A stretch of 64,000 nt of DNA from Daphnia carinata (lineage: Eukaryota). Position numbers and translations under genes: made by a program. Below, one piece after another: positions 1 through 12,710 of this stretch. How positions within the stretch are numbered: the first letter of the stretch is position 1; every line of letters begins with the position of its first letter. Below the pieces are notes generated by a model, which was not told the origin of the DNA, searched no databases, and saw nothing but the letters and a program-made list of their open reading frames with translations. Location of the stretch: positions 11,222,001-11,286,000 of the forward strand of contig NC_081331.1 in the NCBI RefSeq assembly GCF_022539665.2, read 5' to 3'.

Positions 1-3000
1 AGTTAGGCCGTTCAGTATCCGGAAGGAAAGTGCGTCGGCAGAAAGACTGTTGAGTTTCCAGGTGCCTTTAATCCACTGGTCAGTTGAGACCGTGACTCGC
101 CGACGATCGAAGAGATCTAAGTCCAGCCCGTTAACATGGTTTAAGTTGTCTGTCATGTTCAGGTTGCCTCGGACTGTTAACAAACTGAACTCTGGTGAGA
201 CTAGTCTTTGCGGAGCTGTAAATATTTGATCGACACCGTCCAATACCATTAACTCTGTGGGAAATCCATTGATTGAGCCATTGATAGTAATGTGATCACT
301 AACGCTGACATGATCGAATCTCAGACGACAGGATACAGTTTCTAGATCGTCGCCGAATTGTAGTACGCTTCCTAACAGCTCGTCTAAATCGTAGTCATTG
401 AGATGGCCTCTAACATCCAACTGAGAAAAGTCAACGTAGCGTTGAAACTGGTAATGGCCAGTGATAGTTTGGTCCGTGCTAGACGTTAACAACTCGTCCA
501 ATATCTTCATACCGTTGATGTAGCCATCAACTTGCAGGCTATTCACTTTCAAGGAAGGAAACGTCTTCTTGCCAGTAATCACGACGTGGTCACCATTCTA
601 AATAAGTGTAAAAAATACAACCAGAAGTTAGCAGCTGATCACATATTAATGCGTATGAAACTTACGGCATAAATGATGTCGTTTAGAAGGTCTTCGAGGC
701 TTTCACCGTTCACCTTAAAATGTGCAGCATTAAGCGCGCCATCGATCTTACACGAATTTCGAATTGTGACGTTTTTACTCCATCCAGGCCTCTTTAGAAG
801 AGCAGGATGTACTCCGTTTTCACGCATAGCTTTCCATTCAACGCCGTTTAGCGTTCCAACCGCCAAATCACCGTTAGGAACGTCAATACCGTTTAACTGC
901 ACATCTCCATGCACCGTCTGATTTGTGTCAAGTGTAAGAGCACTGTGCAAATTATGGCCATTAACCGTGCTCTCTGCTCGAAGTACGTGTGCGGTAACAT
1001 TCCCAAGGAAAATTTTTTCTCCTGAAAGAGGCAAAATTTAAAATATTACAGCTGAATCCCTCTTGCAATGTAAATTCCCACCATTCATAACGGTATCATT
1101 CAATGTATTCTTAGTTATCAGGTCTTCAAATTTAACACCATTGATGGTTTCAACTGTAAGAGAATTTTGAGCTTGGATACCCTATGTAAATTGGAAAGAA
1201 AATTAAACTATTTCATTAACTGTTCTTGTACGGACAAACCTGCGTAAAAACAATGCTGCCTTCAACAAGCTGGTTGGTGTCTAGGCGAAGCGCGCTTGCA
1301 TTCAAAGCCAAGATATCAACATCGTTGATCATGCCTGAACCAATCTCCAAGTTGCCTTCTATTATTAAGTGGTCGAAACGGACTCTGCCCAGCTGAACAT
1401 CAAGAGTTTGATCGACAAAGACGTTGGCCAGTAGTTGTGTAGCATTCACTCCGTCTATGTGATGACCGACCGACAAGTTGGTGGCAGCCACCACATCCGT
1501 GAAAGTGATGGATTCTATTCACATTTGGGAAAGATGTTATTGTTATTTAAGGAAGAGATTGTGAAGATGATATTTACCGTAAGTGTCGTTTAAAGTCATG
1601 AGATCATGACTCAGATCGACTCCATTAACAGTTCCGCCAACGATTATATCCCCTGCTACGGTGACGTTACCATTAATTATGAGATTACCAGTGATGGTAG
1701 GATTTGGATCGCTTTTCAGGATGACATCTTCAAGCATGATATCGTTTACTCGCTTGGCGAGTATAGCATCAGCTGTAAGCGTCCCCATCACTTTGATATT
1801 CTCCATCAGACGATCAGAATCGTGTCGGACAATGTCATTTACGAATGGGTTGAAAGCTACGCCATTTAGTTTCTCAACGGATAGTTGGGTAACTTCAAGT
1901 TGACTAATTAGCAAAGAACCGTCAACGACGAGGCGACCAAATTCAACAGCTTCTTCCGTGCCATTTAGGATTGTCCCTGTAACATTAAGATAAATGGTTT
2001 TCAGTGAGTCACGTCTAACGTTGGAAATTTATATACCTTGTAAACGACCATCAATATCATCGAGCAGTCTTTCTAAGTCAGCCATATTTTTTCCGATATC
2101 ATTGACGATAACATCAAGTCCAGGAATCCACATTTTCGGATTGAAATCTACCTTACTTTGGTTAAGATTACCTAGTGGAATTTCAGGTACCTCAATCGTC
2201 CCTACCACCCATGAACCCTCTAGCTTGATATCACTATTGTGCAGCACTACTCCCTTGGAGAATTCGAGAAATTCCCGCGATTTGACGCTAGCTGATCGAG
2301 CTGCAGAGGCAGTTGTTTCCATGCGCTCTAGAACACCGATTAGTTGCCGAGCCACAGGATTCTCTACAGGCTCGAGATGGACATCAACAGTCATGAGCCA
2401 GGCTACAGATCCATCGGATATGACTAGCAATAATTGCTGATCGAGAATGATTGACGTTAGCGAGGTGAAATCCAGGTTACCCATGGCTGATAGGCAACCA
2501 ACATCTAGAGAAAATCATTTTGTAAGCCATCTCATCCACAATTTCTACGCAAATATTTTACTAGTTACCGGAAGGCTTTAGCTTATGTGGCATTCGATTT
2601 CCTCTTGTTCGGTTGGAACAAGTGGCATGCATAGGCATGAATGTAAGAGACGAGGCATCAAGGAGCAGAAGATCGACAAACTCTTCTTCTGACGTTCTAT
2701 TAAACCCACTTATTAATAGAAAAGTGTCATCGCGGTACGTTGGTGGCGATAAAGTGTTAATGGTTGACACGCCTTCAAGTTCTAGTGTCTGCAATGCTTC
2801 GTAGAAGCCCGCAACGTACTGGAATATCTTCACAGACTCAAATGTTGCGAAGGCTAAATAATGAGTGGCACCAATTCGAAAACATCGGAAGCTCTAGACG
2901 GAACATACTAAAATTAGCTGCAATGAAACACACAGCGAACTATGACGTGCTTACTTGGACCCCAACAGCTTCAATTATCTGATGATGTTCGAGTTGTAGG

Positions 3001-4207
3001 GTGTCAAACAGATACGTGTTCAGTTGCTTTTTGCCAACGTCGTAATGAAACAAATGTCCCTGGCCGTCAACGCTGCAAATTTGTACAGGGGAATCCCCAG
3101 AGAGTGACGATGATGTCACCAGACTGTTTGGAGAAAAAGTTATTATACGTTTTATATTAAGTCATAGGGATAAGTAGAAATTCGTTAACGAACTCGAACT
3201 GGAGGTGGCCATTTTCGATTGCCACTTCGAAGATGCCAGGTCTCATACGATCATCGGCTTTCTTGACGAGCATGCAGTAAACGGCCCCATTCACGCCGAA
3301 CACCTGTGCGCTTACATACTCGTGAATAAGTTGTTGGCTTATAGAAAGTTCCAGCCTGTCCTGTAAGCATAGATGCACGAATTCAATGTTGAAATATCAG
3401 CTACAAAAATAGTATTAATACAAATCACCTTGTGGATCTTGTAAACTTCTAGACTTTTTGATGTCAACACCAACACAAAGAGCAGGATTTCACCACTGTT
3501 TGGATCGAAGACTTTGACATGATCAAGAAAAGTAGCATTACCGGATAAAACTAAATTGTAAAAAAAAAAAATGCGTCTTTCATATAATCCATTCAACAAA
3601 TTGACAGTAGCGAGAAATTTACTTGTATTATCCACAAGCTGGATTGCGGAGGAATTGAGCATGTGCAACCTAAGGCGATTACCACACGCGGTCGATGTAA
3701 AATACCGCCTTTGATGTTGCATCGAATCCAGCAATACTTCTTGGCTAGTTTCGTTGGAACAGCCCAATTGACTGGCAAAGACAATTGTCACTGAATCGAC
3801 CACCAGACCTTGCGTACGTGCACGTGGGTGTAAGAAAACAATTTCACCATTTAATAACGCGAACACGACATAAAAAATGTGTTGCACTCACGGTCACGAT
3901 GTTGGTGAAGATCGTGGACTAATCCTGTCCAATTGTCTTGAAGCGATGGGGATGCTCGACGATGTCTGTCATGGCGATCTAGTTCTTGGATTACGACATC
4001 TTGAAGCTGCAAATCGAATTTTGACCACAAATTTGCTACAGCTGAACCGGTATCCTACCATTACGATATTTACAATAAACATCAAAGTGAAAAGGGAAAG
4101 TGAGAGTTTTGAGGACGAAAGTGGGAAAAATTTGCAATCACCGGTATCTGAAACGCCAAACGATATGGGACTGCGAAAAAAGCCAAAATGACTACATACA
4201 GGGTCAT
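1..4207 (-). CDS. Large secreted repeat protein, Closca/Nasrat/Polehole-like (multi-exon, 3' end runs off the window)
   Basis: ATG at 4207 gives signal-like MTLYVVILAFFAVPYRLAFQIP. It splices to an exon with a furin-like RHRR, then a beta-rich region (e.g. FQYVAGFYEALQTLELEG) and many degenerate (V/I)NG(V/I)xL repeats (TVNGHNL, TLNGVEW, KVNGESL, HIDGVNA, TVNGVDL). The family call is inferred from architecture only. Confidence 0.55.
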
Positions 4208-4861
4208 TCTTCAGACAGACACATCTGTCTCCGTCGAGAGCTAACCGCGAACAGACATGGGCAGGCCACCAGGAGGTAAACATTATAAACTAATTCGATG
4301 ACGCAATACAAATTTTCTTATACCTCATGTTTGTAAAAAAAAAAAAATGTATTTTAAAACACTGCAGACCCTCATGACTCGAAATTTTGCTTTTTGTCTA
4401 TAACTATGTCAATTTCACACTAATTAGACAATGTGTCCACGTTTTTCTAGGTACGAATATGGCTAAGATAGGCGATTTACGATTGGTTCTTCGGTTTTTG
4501 CTAGCGGCTGGAGATGTTATACGAATAAGCACGCGTAATCTATAGCAGTTTGTTGCCATGTATAACCTTTAATGAGGTACCGCTTTTGGTTTCGTTTGAA
4601 CTACGAGGGTGGAATGCGTTTAGGCTACATATGTCCTGTCAAAGTGCAGTGAGGTATAAAGAATTAGACCACTGTCTTCGTTGACAGCAGTTGTAAAATT
4701 TTTCCTAATCGCCGATGTTCGAGAGATTGATACCAATTTTCTGGTTTCATCTCTGGATTTGAAGTTTGAACTGATAGTAGCGTCTAGCCTTTTGCGTTGC
4801 ATACACGTCTTTTGCGACGCAGTGTGAAGGACAATCAGAAGAAATTTTAATTTGTTTCATC

Positions 4862-6588
4862 ATGAGTGTCACAAGAGAATATGACTTGATCATTTTTGGT
4901 GCCACCGGATTTACCGGGCAATACATTGTCGAAGAAGTAGCGCGAATTGCCGAAGAAGAAAACATCACTTGGGCGGTTGCCGGTCGTAACATTATAAAAC
5001 TTAAGGCTGGATTGGAAAATGCTGAAAAACAAACAGGTAAACAATTGATCCTCGACCTACCTTGTTCCAGAAAATTTTATGGTTGTGTTTTAGGTAAGCC
5101 TCTCAAGGATGTTGGAATCATTAAGGCAGATGTTGTTGATCCAGATTCCCTAAGTGAAATGGCCAAAAAAGGGAAGATTGTTCTTAACTGTGTGGGACCT
5201 TACAGGTATGGAGGAAACAGACATGTTCTTGTATCTAGTCACATCTCATGCATATACTACATACGCTAGATTTTATGGAGACGCTGTAGTAAATGCCTGT
5301 GTGAAAAATGCAACAAGTCATCTTGATATCAGTGGAGAACCTCAAGTAAGATGATGCATATAAGTAAAGAAATTTTATATTGACTGTGTTGTCATTCATT
5401 TTTGGTCATTTCAGTTTCTTGAAAAGATGCAACTTGATTATAACAATGCTGCCAAGGAAAACAATTGTTATGTAATTGGAGCTTGTGGATTTGATAGCAT
5501 CCCAGCAGATATGGGGACTGTATTTTTAGAGCAACAGTTTGGTGGGCAAGTCAACAGTGTGGAAGCTTATTTGAACATCAAGGCTCAACATGTTCGTTTT
5601 ATCATAAAATCTAAGCTGTGTCAGTACATGCGTAGTGCACCAATTACCAATACTTTCTCCAGGGATTCCATCTTCATTACGGAACTTGGCAAAGTGCTAT
5701 CTACGGGTTCGCGTGTGCAAACGAATTGAAACCTTTACGCAAGAAGCTTTTCCCGCAGCGGCTGCCCGAGACGAAACCTAAGCTCAAGTCAAGGTTTGCA
5801 ACTGAAAAGTGGGAAAACATATAATTAAACCACCAATTAAAGCTGTCTTGTTTGGTATGCAATGCAGGGGTGTACTTCACCAAAACCCGATCGTTAAATC
5901 GTGGTGTTTACCTTTCCCTGGCTCCGATCGCTCTGTCGTCATGCGATCCCAGCGATATTTCTACGAAAAGGAAAAGAAACGACCAATACAGATGGCCGCA
6001 TATTTTCAATGTCCTTCTATAATAGCTGCTATACTCATGATCCTTACGGCCGCCGTCTTTGGTCTGTTTGCGAGCTTCAAACTAGGGCGCAGTTTGCTCG
6101 AAAAGGTAACTTTTTACTCGAACGCAAATGTTCTTAGTATATAGAGCACTTTTCTTTATAGTACCCAAAGGTGTTTTCATTCGGGACGTTTGACCACGAA
6201 GGCCCCACTAAAAAGGAAATGGAAGGAACGTCGTTTGTCCTTACTCTAGTCGGCAAAGGATGGAACGAAAAATTGACTGAGCCAACCGATGCTTACTCCA
6301 GTAAGCCAGAAAAGGAATTAATAGTTCAGGTGTCAGGGCCTGAATTGGGTTACGTCGCTACGCCAATCTGCATGATTCAAGCCGCCCTTGTACTTCTCCG
6401 TGAAGCTGATAAACTACCTTCAGAGTACTGCGAATAGTTTCCTTTCACACTAGGCCAACTTTCATAAGCTTTTTTTTTGCAGAGGTGGTGTATATCCTCC
6501 AGGAGCGGCTTTTGCCAAAACGTCGCTGATTAATCGGCTGATCAAGAACGGGATCAACTTTGAAACTGGTCTTAGAAGTTCGCTTTAG
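4862..6588 (+). CDS. SCCPDH: Saccharopine dehydrogenase-like oxidoreductase (multi-exon)
   Basis: Rossmann motif YDLIIFGATGFTG, WAVAGRN, LNCVGPYRFYG, LDISGEP, ACGFDSIPADMG, GPELGYVATP, GGVYPPGAAF. GT-AG introns; stop TAG at 6586-6588. Confidence 0.92.
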
Positions 6589-6735
6589 AATGCCTAAACA
6601 AAGATGTAATAAATATATCTTGTACTTGGGAGCAAATTTTTCTCGCTATGTTTAGTTATTTTTTTTTCTTTTTTAAAAATTTCATATATATGATAATAAA
6701 ATTTACTTATGTTGTTAGCTTACTCAGCAATTCAT

Positions 6736-9700
6736 TTATTGCGTATACAAGCTGGCTGCAAAAACAATGTCTCGTTTGATGGCTGTAGAAGCTTCTCCCA
6801 TTTTCTGGTAAAGTATTGGATCTCCAATAATGCGAGCAGCATCGCGGACATCACGCAGTGTTTCATCTAAGCGCTGAATGCACCGTACTATCATGCCTTC
6901 TTGAACATCCGTTAAACCCATAATCTCAGCAAAAGGCTGATTGGAAAATGAAGTTAGGAAAATATAAATAATGCTGGTATCCGCTTATGTAAGCTGAAAC
7001 AAATTACCATTCCTTTGGCCCACTCGTAGACGACTTCCACCAACTCAAATTTGAATTGGTCCACAAAATCCCCTACGGCCTCTTTTAGTCCGCACGCTTG
7101 CTGAGTACGCCCAATCTTATCTGCTATTTCACGTATACGAAATCGGCCCTAACAAAACCAAAACGAATTTTTTATCTGATAACTTTAGGAGTTGAAATGA
7201 AATAAGAAAAATTTACCTTCTCTAGAACGGGCGTCATTTGTGGCTCGCTTGCGTTCTTCTGTTGGAAAACAAGACACGAAAGCAAAGAAGCTATTTCGGC
7301 TGGTTGAAGTTCCGTCAGAACATTGTGAAATACAAGCTCAGTGATGATTAACTCGTGGTTTCCCATTTCGCATGCCACTTTACCCTTCATTTGCACTATT
7401 ATAAAACATAGACTTTAGTAGTATTAGAAAAAATTATTTCAAAACAAAGCTTACAGGTTCCATTGCCATCAACATAATTAAGTTCCTTGAGAACTTCGAG
7501 GCGGGAATGGTACTCAGCCGAATGCAGTAAGCTATCCTCAGACAAAAGAAACTGTGTCCTCTGTAATTCTTCTTGGATGCTCATAGAGGCACTTGTTTGT
7601 TCTAACTACGAACCCGCAAAGCAAATTTGAAAAAGTGGAAAATGTAATCAGGAAATTTTGCATCTCTTACATGTTGTTCGAACTGAGAGCAAGCCGTACA
7701 GGTGGCAGACGCCAATCTGTTTAACAGAATCGACAATTCCTGCATTCTCCCTACAAGATCCATATTCGTCCACTTCCAATCTTGAAGTGGATTGATTACT
7801 TCGACTGAAGCGGTTTGCGAAAGGCGAGACAATTCTTGAACAGCTGCAGTGCAGCTAGGTCCGGGTGGGTTGTCCCTACATTGAACGCAACATATTTAAT
7901 GTGGCATTTAATTAATTAATATACAATTTGTTCAAGAACTACCGGAAACGAGGTATTTGACGATTATCCCAATCGGCGACAATCTTATCTGACTCGATTT
8001 TGAGCTGAATGCGAGTGACTTCCCAAATTTGCTTAGCTTTGAGGAGCACAACAGCGTGATTGACTCTTGATGTTGGGTAGAATAGACCTCTCTTTAACTG
8101 AGAGATGCCTAGCATCTTTGTCCAGATCATGTCGTCTTTTTTGCTCGCCGGCTCGCCATCGCCACTGATTAACACTAAAACCTTGTACAGTTTTTCTTTG
8201 GATCTTGAATCGATAGAAAGGAGAACGGCTAGTTTATTGCATCGTCCTTGGTGTTGGACAATCAAAACTCGGCCAGGATTCATTTCACGCACCATGCTAG
8301 GATGGGTCAGTAAGCTTTCTTGCATCTCTTCCTGCCAAATATGAACAAGGCCGAAAATAACATTTATTAAAAAAATACGTAGAAAGATGAACGCTAATAC
8401 AAAAACGATCAGCTCATGAAAAATACCTTTAAATTAAGATACGAAGCCGCATTGTTATAGTAACTTTCGATGTCTGTACAGATATCACAGGCTAACTGGG
8501 GCAACTGCTGGACTTGGTCGTAGAGCTAATAATCATTAAACAATATAACTGAGTTGTCACTAAAGGAATAGCGATTTTTTTACAACGAAAATAGCATTAC
8601 CTTCTGTAATTGCTCCTTCACCTTGCCCAGTTTTGATTGCTGGTGATCCTCGCCAAAGGAGCGCTTCATCATGTCCTCAACGCGCAAATGTTCAACACGC
8701 AACAGGTTAAGAATCATAGAGTAGGTAACGCGAAATTGAGATGACAGCTTCATAGGCTGACCCAGCATCATTGCATGCAATTCGCTCGATTCAGGTACTT
8801 CGTTTTTGCAGAGGATAATAACCTTGGTAGAAGAATACCAATAAGAAATGGATGACATGCAATACTATATATAATTCAATACTAACTGTGCCAGTAGTAT
8901 CGAGACCACGCCGACCAGCCCGACCAGCCATTTGGATATACTCCGCCGGAAGTAGGTTGCGGAAACCAGTTCCATCATGTTTTCGGATGGTGTCAAATAC
9001 AACAGTCCTAGCCGGCATATTAACACCCATTGCAAAGGTCTCGGTGGCAAAGAGTAGCTTTACATTCGAATTGAACAGATAATGATTTTCAACAATTCAT
9101 AAAACTAAGAAATCACGATTGCACCTTGACAAGTCCTTCCTGGAAAAGCATTTCTACCACCTCTTTGAGGATGGGTAATATGCCGCTATGATGGACGCCT
9201 ATACCTCTTTTCAATAGAGTCTGCATATTCGTTACCTACAAAGAGAAAACCTATGTGAAATCATGAGAAAATTTGCACGAATAGATATCTAACCTGCGGT
9301 AGTTTTTGATCCGATCCCTTTAGTCGCGACACACATTTTTGAAAGAATTGATGGATACGTCCACGCTCCTCAGCTGTCACTAGATCTACCGAGGTGAGCA
9401 AGGATGAATTTTGATCACAACGATTCCGTGAAAAAGTAAAAGCCACAACAGGAAGCTGGTCATGCTTCTTGAGATGGTCTAGAAGGGCAATCATTAGGTT
9501 TTTCTCCTGTGGAGGTCCCCAACCTAATTGGTTACAAATTTTGTTATGAAAATTATTTACATTCCAACGAAACTATAAACTATACCTTTATGACCACCTC
9601 CACCGGGAGCTCTACTAACTTCTTTAGTCGCAGCACCACGTCCTCTACCAGCTCCAGCTCCAGCACCACTTGGCTTAACATCTTTTTCTTTAGATTTCTT

Positions 9701-11725
9701 GGCTTCCATTGCGGCCATGTATCTACAGCAAAACAACCAATATTGAATTTATATCGGAAAAGAAAACTTGGTCTGATTATAGAAAACAAATAAAAAAATA
9801 AAAAAATAGTAAATGAACGATAATACCGTACCCTTTGGGCACAAAAGCCCCTTCAGCATTGACAATCAGGAAACGTTCGTCCTTTGTCTTGCCTGTCAAG
9901 CCCGTATATAAGTAGTGCTCCAGGGGTACAGGTCTCTTCAATGTACTAATAACATACATTTTTCGCCCTTTCGTTCGACCAACCCAAGTCGCAAACTAGG
10001 AGAAGACGCAGGAAAATACTTTTTAACAGCTAGCGGAAAACATGAACTAGGAATTTTAAGACGTACTTCAGAAGTGTTGGGGACAGTAGCGCTGAGCATC
10101 ACAATATTAACGTGTGAAGGCAAGAGAATTAGGACCTCTTCCCAAACTACACCACGTTCACTGTCATTAATGTAATGCACCTCATCAAATATGACCCATT
10201 CCAAATCCCGAATGATGTCAGAACCATTGTAAAGCATCGAACGAAGAATTTCCGTCGTCATAATAAGGCATGTAGCTTTAGCATTGATCTGAACGTCACC
10301 GGTTAAAAGGCCAACATCGGTGAAGGTAGTTTTAAAGTCCCGAAATTTTTGGTTAGACAACGCTTTTATGGGTGATGTATAGATTGCTCTAAAATATAAA
10401 ATGTTCATTTAAAGGCGATGCTAATATTGTTATTATTTGTAGAGTTAACCTTGTCATGTGTTTCTGCGACAGAGCGATTGCATATTCCGCTACTACAGTT
10501 TTACCAGCAGATGTATGAGCAGCTATGAACACGTCTTCTCCTTTTTCAAGGTGAATAATAGCCTAAAAAGGACGTTATTACCAATTGAACCGTAAGCAGT
10601 GTTGGTAGGAAGTTCTTACATGTTTTTGGAATCTATCCAGCTCAAAAGGCCATGTAAACGCGGGGTTGGGGACGAGGTCGTTGAAATTATCCAGAGAAGT
10701 CGATACATCAATTATCTCCGCCCAATCAGTTGACTTCAATTTTTGCTGCTCGGACAGGCTAAGAACTTTAGAAATGTCTACTACTGGAATGTCATCTAAA
10801 CCGCCGTCTTCATTTTCGGACATCACAATTGGTTTCTTTTCAGCTATTCATGAGACACAAAATGACATTATGGACAGTGTTGAAGGGTGCAGCACTGGCT
10901 ATATCACCAAGCTTATTATTTTGTGAAGGAAGAGGCTCCTCCTCAATCCATTTAAATATAGATCCCTTTTCCTTAAGCAAATCAGCCAAATCAATGACGG
11001 ATGAGCTATCGGACTCCGTTTTCAATTTGTCTTCAGTGTCGTGTGGTTTTGATTTCTGCTTTAGAGAAGATGCAAGATTAAGATTGACATCACTGGACCC
11101 AAAATTCATTCCATTCTTGAAACCAGGAGGAACAGTTTTTAGGTCTAAAAGCAGTATCATAAGTTAAAGAGAAAAATTCTTGCAAAAAGATTGTTTAGCA
11201 AACCTCTCTTAAAACATAACTCTTCCATCAGGTCATCTATTTGTAACAAGTCTGACATGGTCTCAGATGGATTCCATTCCAACCCACCAGGCCAGAATGG
11301 GACATTACTTGCATTTCCCCGAACCCATTCACTTGGAGGGCCTTAATAGTACAAAATGCACATGTAACGGCAAAGGATCTTTTGTGGTTCAAAAATAACA
11401 TATTATCAAGTTATTTAAACTGTTTACCAGGAATTCTTTGTAAAGACATTGAGGTTTTATTTGTCATTCCTGCATGGGGTGTGAGTATTTCAACAACGAC
11501 TTCTGCCAAAGCTCCAGTGTTTATGTCTCTCTCAACCAACAATGTTGTTGGGGTAGCAGCAACTTCGACCTGACACAGTTGTTTGATATTGGTATCATAT
11601 TTCCAGTACTGCTGGACAACTTCAAGATCATGAATAGGAAGAAGTTGGGGATTTTCCAAATAATTTTGGATTTCTGATTTCATATCCAGAAGGATTGGTG
11701 GTGCTCCAAAGGGTAGGCTGTCCAT
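6736..11725 (-). CDS. SKIV2L: Ski2-like DExH RNA helicase (cytoplasmic exosome cofactor), multi-exon
   Basis: [63 protein letters not shown] and C-terminal [12 protein letters not shown]. The N-terminal Ski2-type segment (PFWPGG) favours Ski2 over Mtr4. Confidence 0.93.
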
Positions 11726-12016
11726 ATTTCTACATTATTTCCATTTCATTACAACGATTTTGTAAATGTTGTTCAACTTCTTTACATTTTCCAATATATC
11801 TGTTAAAGAAATTTAAATTACCTGTGTGCTCAATAGAGCTGTTTGTTACCGAATATTCAACAGCTAAGTATGAACCTTCTATTCGTGTTTGGATTCTGTC
11901 ATGTGTTTGGATTCGAGTTTTTCGCGAACTTTATTTTCTAAAGTTTTTATTTTTTTTTACGCCACCGGAATATTCAAGTAGTACTTCAAAAACGCTACAG
12001 GGGCGCAGTTGTTTTT

Positions 12017-12024
12017 TATCGATA
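12017..12024. promoter_or_regulatory. DRE (TATCGATA) in the SKIV2L upstream region
   Basis: Perfect TATCGATA inside the palindrome TTTATCGATAAA (12015-12026), ~300 bp upstream of the SKIV2L ATG. DRE is typical of arthropod housekeeping promoters. Confidence 0.4.
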
Positions 12025-12710
12025 AAGGAATTTTTGATCACGATTGAACCATGATTTGGCGATAACAGTACCGGGACACTATAAATTGGAATTCTATGTA
12101 ATAAGTTTTAGGAAACTAAAATGTGAGGACACGGTACGGACGTAAACGGGAGACGTAAAAGGCTGACTTCAGAATGAAATGCAGTGAAAGGGTCCGATAG
12201 AAACTTTATGCCCCACCCCTCTCTCCAGATCTGTTAAAAACTTCCAGAAGAACAAAAACATAAACATTCAAAGGAACACCAATATTGCTGCTTTATTCGG
12301 ACACTTTAGTTTTTTAGCAGTTTGATCTTGACAGAGTCTTTTCTATTTCGAGGACACCGTTTTCTACGACGTACGGGATGAAGGTAAACATCCTTGTCGG
12401 TAGTTGTCACGAATGTTTAGCGGCCTAAATTAACACGGAAACCAATTTTGAAGGTCACCAATGGATATAAAATCAATTAATTAGAAAACAGATGTAATCA
12501 TTTTGATTATTTAGCGTATTTTAGGCCCGGAAGTGTTTAAAATATGCTTGTATAGAAATTCAAAGCTGCTCCACCATGTATCGACTGCTCGACCACATCT
12601 AGATTGATGACAAGATCGTACGCAAAAACAAGTATACATTTTTCATTCACGTTGGCTTATGTACATGCTAATAGCCCGTCTCGCATTTACTCCACAATCG
12701 TCTAAAGGTT

